From contig JBBIUY010000015.1 of the NCBI GenBank assembly GCA_037440005.1, forward strand, positions 1 to 62,308: a DNA stretch of 62,308 nucleotides. Direction: 5' to 3'. This DNA comes from Armatimonadota bacterium (GTDB lineage: Bacteria; Sysuimicrobiota; Sysuimicrobiia; Sysuimicrobiales; Kaftiobacteriaceae). The notes beneath the pieces were generated by a model. The model was not told the DNA's origin and did no database searches. It saw only the letters and a program-made list of their open reading frames with translations. Positions 1 to 9,070 of this stretch are shown one piece after another. The first letter of the stretch is position 1, and every line of letters starts with the position of its first letter. Position numbers and translations under genes: made by a program.

Positions 1-53
1 TCGGCGACGCCCTGCGAGACATGCTGGACGTGCGGGAGTACGTGGGCCGCTAG
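1..53 (+). CDS. 3' end of an unidentified CDS running in from the left edge
   Basis: Frame from position 3 reads GDALRDMLDVREYVGR then TAG at 51-53, with GC3-rich codons. Confidence 0.55.
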   Translation, partial: GDALRDMLDVREYVGR

Positions 54-108
54 TAGCCCGGGCGGCCGCCCACCGGGCGACCGGTACCTTGCGGGGGCGC
101 GGGCGCGG

Positions 109-2064
109 TCAGCGCGGGGCGTGCTGCCGGGCGTGGGCCAGCCGGCCGCCGGCCAGCAGGTAGGCCCGCTCCCGGGGCGTGAGGGTCACGGTGACGGTGA
201 AGGTGACGCCCCGGGTCCTGTTGCGCACCGTGAAGGCGGAGGCGCCGGCGGCGATCCCCTTGCGCACGTCCGGGATCTCGAGCTCGTCGTCCCGGTCCAC
301 CCGGTCGTAGTCGGCGGGGTCGGCGAAGGTGAAGGGCACCAGACCCCAGTTGACCAGGTTGGCGTGGTGGATGCGGGAGAAGGACTTGGCCAGCACCGCC
401 TTCACCCCCAGGTACATGGGCGCCAGGGCCGCGTGCTCCCGGGAGGACCCCTGGCCGTAGTTCTCCCCGCCCACGATGAACCCGCCGCCCCGGCTGCGGG
501 CGCGGGCGCTGAACTCGGGGTCGAGGCGGTGGAAGACGTACTCGGCCAGCCGGGGGATGTTGGAACGGAAGGCCACAATCTCGGCCCCCGCCGGCATGAT
601 GTGGTCGGTGCTGATGTCGTCGCCCACCTTGATCAGCACCGAACCCGTCAGGGTCTCCTCCAGGGGTGGCTTCACCGGCGCGGGGCGGATGTTCTCCCCC
701 CGGTGCACCTCGACGGACGCCGCCTCCTCTTCCGGGGCCGGCGGGACCAGGTTGGGGTTGTCCTGGGGAACCGCCTCCGGCAGCCGGGGGTCCGGGGCGG
801 GGATGCCCAGCTCGCGGCCCAGGTCCCGGGGGTCGGTGAGCACGCCCCGCAGGGCGGTGGCGGCGGCGGTCTCGGGGCTGGCCAGGTACACCTGGTCGTC
901 GGCCAGGCCGCTGCGGCCCTTGAAGTTGCGGTTGATGGCCCGCAGGCTGCGGGTCCCCGGGGCCGGCACGTGGCCGAAGCCGATGCACGCCCCGCAGGTG
1001 GGTTCAGCCACGTTCACCCCGGCGGCCAGCAGGTCGGCCACGTAGCCCTCCCGGGCCAGCAGCTCCAGGTCGGCGCGGCTGCTGGGGTGGATGAAGACGT
1101 ACACCTCGGGGTGGACCCGCCGGCCGCGGACGATGCGAGCCACCGCCTGGATGTCGGTGTAGGATCCGTTGGTGCACGAGCCCACCATCACCTGGTGGAT
1201 CCGGATCCCGGCCGCCTCCCGGACCGGGACGACGTTGTCGGGCTGGCTGGGCAGCGCCACCAGCGGCTCGACGGCGCTCAGGTCCAGCTCCAGGGTGTCG
1301 TCGTAGTCGGCGTCGGGGTCGGGCAGCACCTCCCGCCAGTCCTGCAGGCGGCCCAGGCGGCGGAAGTAGTCCCGGGTAATCTCGTCGGAGGGGAACACCG
1401 AGGTGGTGGCGCCCAGCTCGTAGCTCATGTTGGCGATGGTCGTCCGCTGCTGGGCGTTGAGGGTCTTCACGCCCGGCCCGGTGAACTCGAAGATCCGGCC
1501 GCGCCCGCCCCGCACGGTCAGGCGGCGCAGCAGTTCCAGGATGACGTCCTTGGCGGTCACCCAGGGCTGCAGCTGGCCCACCAGGCGCACCTGCACGATG
1601 TGGGGCATGGTGAAGTAGTAGGGCCCGCCGGCCAGGGCCGCCGCCACGTCCATGCCGCCGGCGCCGATGGCGAGCATCCCCACGCCCCCGCAGTGGGGCG
1701 TATGGCTGTCGGCGCCGAGGACCGTCTCCCCGGGCACCGCAAAGTGCTCCAGGTGGATCTGGTGGCCGATGCCGGTGGCCGGCTTGCCGAACCACACCCC
1801 GTACTTGCGGGAGGCCGTCTGCAGGTACAGGTGGTCCTCCATGTTCTCGGGCTTGATGTGGAGCACGTTGTGGTCGGCGTAGCAGGCGGCCACCCGGCAG
1901 CGCACCCGGGGGATCCCCAGGGCCTCGAAGTGCAGGAAGACCTGGGTGGCGGTCAGGTCCTGGCAGAGGACCTGGTCGATCCGGATGCCGATCTCCTCGC
2001 CCGGCACCAGGCGGCCGTCCACCAGGTGGGCCTGCAGGATCTTGCGGGTCAGGTTGGTCCCCAT
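109..2064 (-). CDS. aconitate hydratase (single-chain, ~650 aa type)
   Basis: DHN, GIGHQ, GADSHT, GSCTN and CGACIG Fe-S ligands; C-terminal swivel domain with STDHI and GSSREHA. Confidence 0.9.
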   Translation of the reverse strand: MGTNLTRKILQAHLVDGRLVPGEEIGIRIDQVLCQDLTATQVFLHFEALGIPRVRCRVAACYADHNVLHIKPENMEDHLYLQTASRKYGVWFGKPATGIGHQIHLEHFAVPGETVLGADSHTPHCGGVGMLAIGAGGMDVAAALAGGPYYFTMPHIVQVRLVGQLQPWVTAKDVILELLRRLTVRGGRGRIFEFTGPGVKTLNAQQRTTIANMSYELGATTSVFPSDEITRDYFRRLGRLQDWREVLPDPDADYDDTLELDLSAVEPLVALPSQPDNVVPVREAAGIRIHQVMVGSCTNGSYTDIQAVARIVRGRRVHPEVYVFIHPSSRADLELLAREGYVADLLAAGVNVAEPTCGACIGFGHVPAPGTRSLRAINRNFKGRSGLADDQVYLASPETAAATALRGVLTDPRDLGRELGIPAPDPRLPEAVPQDNPNLVPPAPEEEAASVEVHRGENIRPAPVKPPLEETLTGSVLIKVGDDISTDHIMPAGAEIVAFRSNIPRLAEYVFHRLDPEFSARARSRGGGFIVGGENYGQGSSREHAALAPMYLGVKAVLAKSFSRIHHANLVNWGLVPFTFADPADYDRVDRDDELEIPDVRKGIAAGASAFTVRNRTRGVTFTVTVTLTPRERAYLLAGGRLAHARQHAPR

Positions 2065-2102
2065 GGCGCGTCCTCGTCCTCACTATAGCGCACCGGTCCC
2101 GG

Positions 2103-3086
2103 CTACGCCCCGGGACGGTCCACCGCCTGCCGGACCGCCCGCAGCCGCTCGGGGGGCAGGTCGACGGGGACGACACAGCCGGCGGTGACGATGAGCCCCG
2201 CCCCGCCGGTCTGGGCGATGGCGTCGGCCACCTGGGCGGCGATCTCCTCGGGCGTGCCGGCGGCCAGGGTGCCCCACTCGTCCACGCCGCCCGCCAGGCA
2301 GCCCGAGTAGCGCCGGCGGGCCTCGGCCAGGGTGGGAGGGGTGCGGCGGTCGTGCCAGTTGATGATGTCCACCGGGTAGTCGGCCAGCTGGTCGAACATG
2401 ACCGACGTCCCGTGCAGGTGCAGCACCCGCAGTTCCCCACCCGCTGCCGCCTCCAGGACCCGCACGTCGTAGGGGCGGCCGAACTCCTCGTATTCTTCCA
2501 CCGTGAGGTAGTCGGTGGTGGCGCACTGGGTGGCGAAGAAGATGCCGTCGGCTCCCGCGGCCAGCGTCTCGGCGGCAAAGCGCGCCGTGACGTCGGTGAT
2601 GACTTCCAGCCCCGCCACCAGATCGTCGGGCGTCTCCCGCAGGTACCGCACCAGGGCCTGATCTCCGCACAGGGTGCGCGCCACCGTCAGGGGGCTGAAG
2701 ACGGTGGCCAGGATCAGGTCGTGGGGCAGCTCCCGGCGGATGAGGCTGAGGGCGTGCAGCTCGCGGCCGTACGCGCCGGCGGTGACGTCCAGCGGCCGCA
2801 GCCGCCTCCAGTCGGCGGCCTTCTTGACGGGGCGGTCGATGTAGTGGCGCACGCCCTCCCGGTTGGGGCGGTAGCCGGCCCGCAGCCCCCAGTCGTCGCC
2901 GTAGTAGCCGCTGGTCGGGGTGACCTTCAGCAGGTCCCACCCGAACTGCCGCTGGAACGCCACGTGGGCGCGGGCCAGGGTCTCGGCCTTCTGGTCGTCG
3001 CCGGGGAAGTGCCGCCACAGGGCCACCGGCACCCGGTCCACGGGCTCGCCCCGGACGGCGGCGAGGACCCGCTCGCGGCCGGTCAT
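2103..3086 (-). CDS. uroporphyrinogen decarboxylase (URO-D/CIMS-like) family protein
   Basis: MTGRERVLAAVRGEPVDRVPV N-terminus, FSPLT, LHLHG, INWHD, AGCVVP; ATG overlaps upstream stop. Confidence 0.8.
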   Translation of the reverse strand: MTGRERVLAAVRGEPVDRVPVALWRHFPGDDQKAETLARAHVAFQRQFGWDLLKVTPTSGYYGDDWGLRAGYRPNREGVRHYIDRPVKKAADWRRLRPLDVTAGAYGRELHALSLIRRELPHDLILATVFSPLTVARTLCGDQALVRYLRETPDDLVAGLEVITDVTARFAAETLAAGADGIFFATQCATTDYLTVEEYEEFGRPYDVRVLEAAAGGELRVLHLHGTSVMFDQLADYPVDIINWHDRRTPPTLAEARRRYSGCLAGGVDEWGTLAAGTPEEIAAQVADAIAQTGGAGLIVTAGCVVPVDLPPERLRAVRQAVDRPGA

Positions 3087-4012
3087 GGCCGCTGGTCGGG
3101 GGGCGATCCGAAGCGCCGGCGCATGAACAGCAGGATCTCCCGGTCCACCAGGTCGTCCTCGCGCCAGCGCTCCTCGAAGTTCTCGATGGCGCAGAAGCGG
3201 CGGAACGCCTCCCGGGTGGCGTCGTCGTAGATGCCGGTGACCTCCCCGGCGTAGTAGCCCAGCCGGCGCAGGACCTGCTGCACCTCCCGGGCCACGTCGC
3301 CGGCGATGCGGGTCAGGTTGGCGGGGTCGGTGGTGCCGAAGTACAGCCGGTGCAGTTCCAGCAGCTTGCGCAGCTCCCCCAGGGGTGCGGGGTGGTCGTC
3401 CACCCGCAGGTCGATGTAGCGGTCCAGGTAGCCCCCGTAGCTGCCCTTCTCTTTGGCCACGTACAGGGCGGCCGACTGCTGGCCCCGGCTGTCCCCGCCG
3501 GCGGCCTGCCCTGCCTCCAGGGCGGCCAGCAGCCGTTCGGGCAGCGGACCGGAGGACCGCTCGAAGGTCTGCGCCATCTGGTTCACCACCGCCGCCGAGG
3601 CCAGGATGTTGCCCTGGCAGCTGTAGCCCGGTCCGGTGCGGTGGCCGGCCCAGGAGAAGCACTCGCGTCCGGTCCAGGCGGCCGCATTGCCGTGGCGGTC
3701 CACCACTCCCAGCTGCCGGTGCTCGCGCTGGGGGTCGGCATCGGTGAGGAGGCGGACCACCTCCTCGGCGGTGTGGCCGGCCGCCAGCAGGTCCAGGCCC
3801 CGGGGGCCGTAACTGAGGTTGGCCCACGCCTGGGTGGCGACAGCGCCGGCCCCCGCCCGGGCCCAGGGGACGACGGCGCCCACGGCCAGGAACTTGCTGG
3901 CCACGGCCACCCCCACCTCGCCGGTGGCGGGGTCCAGGGCCACGATGGAGAAGGTGGTGAGCGCAGGTCCGGACGGCGTGTTCACCGGCACGACCTCCTC
4001 GGCCGACGTCAC
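3083..4012 (-). CDS. DUF1028 (Ntn-hydrolase-like) protein with C-terminal putative peptidoglycan-binding domain
   Basis: TFSIVALD, GVAVASKFLAVG, GAVATQ, QGNIL, GGDSRGQQSAAL, DLRVDDHP; GTG start overlaps upstream stop. Confidence 0.85.
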   Translation of the reverse strand: MTSAEEVVPVNTPSGPALTTFSIVALDPATGEVGVAVASKFLAVGAVVPWARAGAGAVATQAWANLSYGPRGLDLLAAGHTAEEVVRLLTDADPQREHRQLGVVDRHGNAAAWTGRECFSWAGHRTGPGYSCQGNILASAAVVNQMAQTFERSSGPLPERLLAALEAGQAAGGDSRGQQSAALYVAKEKGSYGGYLDRYIDLRVDDHPAPLGELRKLLELHRLYFGTTDPANLTRIAGDVAREVQQVLRRLGYYAGEVTGIYDDATREAFRRFCAIENFEERWREDDLVDREILLFMRRRFGSPPDQRP

Positions 4013-5145
4013 GGTCGACTCAGCTCGTCGACGCTCCGGGGGAACTGGGTGAGGACCTCGCACCCGTCCTCGGTGACGATCACCGTGTCCGAGTGGCGGA
4101 ACCCCCCGACCCCTTCCACGTAGAGTCCCGGTTCCACCGACATCACCATGCCGGGGACCAGGACCGTGTGATCGGCGGGAGCGAAAAAGGGCAGTTCGTG
4201 GATGTCGATGCCCAGGCCGTGGCCCGTGCGGTGGATGAACGCCGGCCCGTAGCCGGCCTCGTCGATCACCCGGCGGGCCGCCCGGTCCACGGCGCTGCAC
4301 GGCACGCCGGGCCGGATCGCCTCCAGGGCCGCCCGCTGGGCGCGCACCATCAGCTCGAACAGCTGGCGCTGGGCGGTGGTGGGCGGGCCCACCACCATGG
4401 TGCGCTCGTCCTCGGCGTGGTAGCCGTCGGTGACGCACCCGGTCCCGTGGATGACCACGTCCCCCCGCCGCAGGCGGCGGCCGGAGGGCAGGGAGTGGGG
4501 CAGGACGATCTTCTCGCCCGACACCGGCCGCGACCCGGCGGTGACGTGATGCTCGGGGTACCGGCGGGCCGCCTCCACCAGCATGGCGGCGTCCCCCCGG
4601 GCCATGATCTCGATCTCGGTGACGCCGGGCTGGCTGGCGTCCACCTCCACCCGCATCCCCAGCTCCGCCAGCTCGGCGCTGATCCGGATCAGGCGCAGTT
4701 CGTCCCGGTCTTTGACCATCCGCCGGCGCTCCACCAGGCCCCGGACGGGCACCAGGGGGTGGTCCCACCGCTCCGCCAGGTAGCCGTGGCCCTCCACCGA
4801 GAGGCCCCCGGCCTCGAAGCCCACCCGCCGCCCCTGCAGGTCCAGTTCGCGCAGGACGTCGGCGGCGCAGTCCAGGGCCAGCTGCAGCGGCGACCGTCCC
4901 TCCAGCCCTCCCAGGCCGGCGTCGGGATAGGAGCGGATGTCGGCGATGCGCGAGCGCTGGCGGGCGTGGGCGAGTTCCAGTTCCGGGACGATGAGCACCG
5001 GGCGGTCGGCCACCACCACCAGGATCGGCCGCGAGTAGGTGACGGCCCGAAAGCCGGACACGTAGTAGGTGTTGGCGGGTGTGCTGACCAGCAGGGCGTC
5101 CAGGCCCGCATCCCGGACGTCGCGGAGGACGACCTCCACACGCAT
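4009..5145 (-). CDS. M24 family Xaa-Pro peptidase
   Basis: Creatinase N-domain plus HRTGHGLGIDIHE, SVEPGLY, GFRHSDTV. Confidence 0.85.
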   Translation of the reverse strand: MRVEVVLRDVRDAGLDALLVSTPANTYYVSGFRAVTYSRPILVVVADRPVLIVPELELAHARQRSRIADIRSYPDAGLGGLEGRSPLQLALDCAADVLRELDLQGRRVGFEAGGLSVEGHGYLAERWDHPLVPVRGLVERRRMVKDRDELRLIRISAELAELGMRVEVDASQPGVTEIEIMARGDAAMLVEAARRYPEHHVTAGSRPVSGEKIVLPHSLPSGRRLRRGDVVIHGTGCVTDGYHAEDERTMVVGPPTTAQRQLFELMVRAQRAALEAIRPGVPCSAVDRAARRVIDEAGYGPAFIHRTGHGLGIDIHELPFFAPADHTVLVPGMVMSVEPGLYVEGVGGFRHSDTVIVTEDGCEVLTQFPRSVDELSRP

Positions 5146-5158
5146 GGCGACCGTGATC

Positions 5159-5665
5159 CTAGCGGGCCGCGTCCTCGGGACGCGGCGGGTGGAGCAGGTC
5201 CAGCTTCATCTGGTGCATGTACACCCGAAACCCCAGCCGCTCCCAGAAGGGGAGCGCCTCGTTGCCGGCGGCGACGCTGAGCTCCACCAGGGTCACGCCC
5301 CGCCGGCGCAGCCAGGTCAAAAGCTCTTCCACCAGGCGGCGGCCGATGCCCCGGCGGCGGTACGGGGGCCGCACGTAGACGTCGTGGATGTACCCGCGGT
5401 GGCGGTGCGCGAAAAACGGCGGCATGGTGGTAATGCGCCCGACCGCATACCCCACGATCTGCTCGCCCTCCCGGGCGACCACCGCCAGGGCGTCGTCCCG
5501 GGCCAGCAGGGCTCGCAGGTAGGCGCCGTACTCCCGCTCCCACTGAGGGGCGGGCTGGAACGCCGGGTCCAGGGCCGAGTGGAAGTCGGCCAGCTCGCCC
5601 CAGATGGGCAGGATGCCCCCGATGTCCCGGGACGTGGCGCGCCGGATCTCGACCGTGGTGGCCAC
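5159..5665 (-). CDS. GNAT family N-acetyltransferase
   Basis: VYVRPPYRRRGIG acetyl-CoA motif, FWERLGF; GTG start preceded by GGAAGG. Confidence 0.85.
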   Translation of the reverse strand: MATTVEIRRATSRDIGGILPIWGELADFHSALDPAFQPAPQWEREYGAYLRALLARDDALAVVAREGEQIVGYAVGRITTMPPFFAHRHRGYIHDVYVRPPYRRRGIGRRLVEELLTWLRRRGVTLVELSVAAGNEALPFWERLGFRVYMHQMKLDLLHPPRPEDAAR

Positions 5666-5847
5666 GGGTCCTTCCTTCCGTGCAGGCGCGGCCGGACCCT
5701 CCTGGGGTCGGTCGTCCGGCCGGGGCGCGGCGGACAGGGGGGACCGCCGCTGCTGCAGAACGCCTTCCACCGTGCACGGCCGGCTGCGGGCGGGCGCACG
5801 GAACGTCCGCTCCGCGGCGGCGGCGCGTCCGACCGAGGGGGTGAGGC

Positions 5848-6678
5848 GTGGAGGCGGAGTTCGTGGAGGTGGCGGCGGAGGCGGCGGTGGAGGCGGGCCG
5901 CCTGCTGCAGCAGATGCTGTCGGCGCCGCGCCAGGCCAAGGGCGTGGCGACCAAACGCGGGCCCGCCGACCTGGTGACCCGGGCGGATCGGCTGGCCGAA
6001 GACCTCATCGTGGGCCTGCTGCAGCGGCGCTGTCCGGACCATGGGATCCTGGCCGAGGAGGGCACCGTCCGCCCCGGCGGTCCCTACCGGTGGATCGTCG
6101 ACCCGCTGGACGGCACCACCAACTTCGCCCACGGGGTGCCGCTGTTCGCCGTGTCGATCGCGCTGGCGCGGGACGACGACCTGGTGGTGGGAGCGGTGTA
6201 CCATCCGCCCCTGGATGAGCTGTTCGTGGCCGAGCGGGGCGGTGGGGCGTTCCTGCGACGGGGCGACGGCCGCACGCGGCTGCAAGTCTCGGAGATCGCC
6301 GCGGTGGCCGACGCCGTGGTGGCCACGGGCCTGCCCTACGAGATCCGGGAGACGGGGGTGAACATTCCTCAGATCACGCGGCTGATGCGGACGGCCATCG
6401 AGGTGCGCATCCTGGGGGCGGCCGCCCTGCACCTGGCGTACGTGGCGGCCGGACGCGTGGAGGCGTTCTGGGAACCCGGCCTCAACCCCTGGGACGTGGC
6501 CGCCGGCGCCCTGCTGGTGCGGGAGGCGGGCGGACGCGTCACCGACATGCGCGGAGGCCCCTTCCGCCTGGACTGCCGCGACGTCCTGGCCAGCAACGGC
6601 CGGGTGCACGAGGAGATGGTCGCGCTGCTGGGGACGGATGCGGCAGGAGGGCTCCCGCCGACGACGGAAGGGGTTTGA
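5848..6678 (+). CDS. suhB: inositol monophosphatase family protein
   Basis: AEE, WIVDPLDGTTNF, WDVAAG motifs. Confidence 0.9.
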   Translation: MEAEFVEVAAEAAVEAGRLLQQMLSAPRQAKGVATKRGPADLVTRADRLAEDLIVGLLQRRCPDHGILAEEGTVRPGGPYRWIVDPLDGTTNFAHGVPLFAVSIALARDDDLVVGAVYHPPLDELFVAERGGGAFLRRGDGRTRLQVSEIAAVADAVVATGLPYEIRETGVNIPQITRLMRTAIEVRILGAAALHLAYVAAGRVEAFWEPGLNPWDVAAGALLVREAGGRVTDMRGGPFRLDCRDVLASNGRVHEEMVALLGTDAAGGLPPTTEGV

Positions 6679-6703
6679 GCCCCAAATCTTTGAGCCCCAA
6701 ATC
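6674..6703. repeat. tandem 15-bp repeat TTTGAGCCCCAAATC x2
   Basis: Seen directly; overlaps suhB stop; GGGGTTTGAGCCCC resembles the GGGGTCTGACCCC palindrome at 6771. Confidence 0.8.
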
Positions 6704-6733
6704 TTGGTGTGAGGCACAAGTTAACTGACGCCC

Positions 6734-6762
6734 ATCATAAGCGGAATCCGCGAGAGCGTCAA
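6734..6762 (-). promoter_or_regulatory. sigma70-type promoter TTGACG-N17-TATGAT pointing into the suhB 3' end
   Basis: Reverse complement of 6734-6762 gives near-consensus -35/-10 with a 17-nt spacer. Confidence 0.55.
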
Positions 6763-6770
6763 CGACAAAC

Positions 6771-6783
6771 GGGGTCTGACCCC
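6771..6783. repeat. REP-like palindrome GGGGTCTGACCCC
   Basis: 13-bp palindrome related to copies at 20030, 43294, 43310 and 53617-53845. Confidence 0.6.
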
Positions 6784-6866
6784 AATTTCCGGGGGTTTGC
6801 GACAGTCTAGGGACACACACCTTGTGATCAACAGGGCAACTGCGTCCCTTCGGCGGGTGACGTGCT

Positions 6867-7889
6867 CTATCGGAGGAGGCTGCTGAGGACCTCCAGCGCG
6901 AGCCCGGCCACGTATGCCCACCCGAACCGGCGGTTGTGGACCAGGCTGACCCGGTGGTACCACAGGGGCCAGCCGACGTACCCGGGGGGTGGGGCAGCCG
7001 GCCGCGGGCGGCCCAGGACCTGCAGGGCCTGCCACCCCCGGGGAGCCGCCGCGGCGACCGCCGCCGCCCACGGCGTGAGGAGTTTCATGACGATCAGCAG
7101 GGCGGTGGTGACGTACATGCCCGCGACGATCCCCTGGGCGACCCGCCGGGCCCGCCGCTCGCCCAGGATCACCGGCAGGGTGCGGTGGCCGTGGGGGGCG
7201 TCGAAGTCCAGCTGGTCGATGTGCTTGCCCATCAGGATCGACATGACTCCCAGCCCGTAGGGGACGGAGACGAGAAACGGCTTCGCCGCCAGCTCCCCGG
7301 TGATGACGAAGTAGCCTCCGCCGACCATCAGGGGACCCCAGACCGCAAACGCCGCGATCTCGCCCAGACCGATGTCCTTCAGCGTGCGGGGGGCCGCGTC
7401 GTACAGGTACAGGATCGCCAGCCCCGCGGCGGCAAACCCCACCGCCAGCGGTCCCCGCCGGGCCCAAAAGTACACCACCACCGCCGTCCCCACCGCCGCC
7501 AGGATCGCCATCCCCGCCAGGAACGTGCGCCGGTCCAGGACCCCGCCAGCGAAGGGGTGCATGGTGTAGCGCATGCGCGGCGAGTCGGGGGTGTCGTCGC
7601 CCCGGTGGAAACCGAAGTAGTCGTTGAGCAGGTTGCTGATCATGTGGGCGGTGACGAATCCCACCAGCACCAGGACGAAGGCCGCCGGGTCGAACCGCCC
7701 GGCGGCGGCTGCCAGGAGCCCGGCGATGACCGCCGCCTGGGCGGAGATGACCAGGATCACGCTCCGGGCCGAGAACAGGAAGCGCGCCACCGGGTCCAGG
7801 TTCCGCGCGGTGGGGTCGTGGGGCGGGTAAAATCCCACAAACGCCCGCAGCCACAGCCTGGGCCCGCGCACGGTGATCGGCTCGGTCAC
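6867..7889 (-). CDS. UbiA-superfamily (MenA-like) prenyltransferase
   Basis: Multi-TM; NLLNDYF...GDD motif I and degenerate motif II KHIDQLDFD...RTLPV; SD GGAGGAGG. Confidence 0.8.
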   Translation of the reverse strand: MTEPITVRGPRLWLRAFVGFYPPHDPTARNLDPVARFLFSARSVILVISAQAAVIAGLLAAAAGRFDPAAFVLVLVGFVTAHMISNLLNDYFGFHRGDDTPDSPRMRYTMHPFAGGVLDRRTFLAGMAILAAVGTAVVVYFWARRGPLAVGFAAAGLAILYLYDAAPRTLKDIGLGEIAAFAVWGPLMVGGGYFVITGELAAKPFLVSVPYGLGVMSILMGKHIDQLDFDAPHGHRTLPVILGERRARRVAQGIVAGMYVTTALLIVMKLLTPWAAAVAAAAPRGWQALQVLGRPRPAAPPPGYVGWPLWYHRVSLVHNRRFGWAYVAGLALEVLSSLLR

Positions 7890-7923
7890 GGCCGCATACC
7901 TCCTCCGGCCTGGATGCCCGTCG

Positions 7924-7953
7924 TTGACAGGCCGGCCTGCCCTGGGTTATTGT
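7924..7953 (+). promoter_or_regulatory. sigma70-type promoter TTGACA-N18-TATTGT for the tetR operon
   Basis: Consensus -35 and near-consensus -10 in the divergent intergenic region. Confidence 0.55.
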
Positions 7954-7959
7954 GCGATC

Positions 7960-7977
7960 AGACCGACGCGTCGGTCT
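7960..7977. promoter_or_regulatory. perfect 18-bp palindrome AGACCGACGCGTCGGTCT, probable TetR operator
   Basis: Perfect dyad just downstream of the -10 between divergent genes; ACCGA-N4-TCGGT core resembles PaaR/PfmR-type TetR sites. Confidence 0.75.
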
Positions 7978-8006
7978 AATTCCCGCAGGGACGACAGAAT
8001 CCTCCT

Positions 8007-8612
8007 GTGAGCCAGGTGTCGGCCCGCCCGTCCACAAGGGAGCGCTTGCTGCAGGCGGCCCTGGACGTCTTTTCGGCCAGGGGCTACCACGGCACCGTCG
8101 TGGACGACATCGTGGAAGCCTCCGGCACCTCCAAGGGCGCCTTTTACCACTACTTTTCCAGCAAGCAGGAGATCTTCCTGACGCTGATGCGCGAGCTGGC
8201 CGACCTGGTGGAAGCCGGCGTGGAGGGGGCCATCCAGGCCGAGAGGGGAGCCCTGGCCAAGGTCGAGGCCGCCCTGCGGGTGGTCCTGGAGACGGCGGCC
8301 GCCCACCGGGGGCTGGCCCGCATCCTCCTGGTGGAGGCGGTGGGGGTGGGGCCGGAGCTGGAGCGCGCCCGCCTGGAGATCCACCGCCGCTTCGCCGACC
8401 TCATCCGGAGGCACCTCGATCGGGCGGCGGCGGAAGGGTCGATCTTGCCCCAGGACACCGCGCTGGCGGCCCGGGCGTGGGTGGGCGCGCTCAACGAGGT
8501 GATCACCCAGTGGCTGCTGGACGGCGGCCCGCTGATCGAACGGCTGCCGGCCCTGCGGGCCCTGCTGCTGCGCAGCATCGGGGCGGTGGGCGCCGGGGAG
8601 GCCCGCCCATGA
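8007..8612 (+). CDS. TetR/AcrR family regulator
   Basis: N-terminal HTH ending GTSKGAFYHYFSSKQEIF. Confidence 0.9.
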   Translation: MSQVSARPSTRERLLQAALDVFSARGYHGTVVDDIVEASGTSKGAFYHYFSSKQEIFLTLMRELADLVEAGVEGAIQAERGALAKVEAALRVVLETAAAHRGLARILLVEAVGVGPELERARLEIHRRFADLIRRHLDRAAAEGSILPQDTALAARAWVGALNEVITQWLLDGGPLIERLPALRALLLRSIGAVGAGEARP

Positions 8613-9070
8613 CCGAGGAGATCGCCCTCGCGCAGGTGATGCAGGCCGCCCGGGCGCACCTGGCCTCGCGCCGGGTGTGCACCCTGGCCACCTCCCACCG
8701 GGACCGGCCGTGGGCGGCCAGCAGCTTCTACGTGGCCCGCGACCTGGACATCTACGTCTGCCAGCGCGCCGACGCCCGCACGCTCCTGCACCTGCGGGCG
8801 AACCCGCGGGTGGCGTTCGCGGTGGATGACCGGGAGGCGCAAGCCTGGCTGCAGGCCGCCGGGACGGCCCGTCCGGTGGACGGAGACGAGGAGGCGTGGG
8901 CCCGGGAGCAGCTGGCGCGCGTGGCTCCGGAGTTCTCTCGCCACTTCGCCTCCCCCGACTTCCCCGTGCTGCGCATCGACGTCGACGAACTGACTTTCGT
9001 CGACCGGACCGCCGGGATCGTCCCCCGCCGTCGTCTGGTCCGGGTCGACGGACAGTGGAGGCTGGCATGA
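8609..9070 (+). CDS. pyridoxamine 5'-phosphate oxidase-like (split-barrel flavin-binding) protein
   Basis: CTLATS...PWAASSFY, LRANPRVAFAV; ATGA overlap with tetR. Confidence 0.75.
   Translation: MTEEIALAQVMQAARAHLASRRVCTLATSHRDRPWAASSFYVARDLDIYVCQRADARTLLHLRANPRVAFAVDDREAQAWLQAAGTARPVDGDEEAWAREQLARVAPEFSRHFASPDFPVLRIDVDELTFVDRTAGIVPRRRLVRVDGQWRLA

Noticed and set aside
2103..3086. Canonical hemE
   Set aside because: Lacks the MRQAGR signature; a URO-D-like paralog
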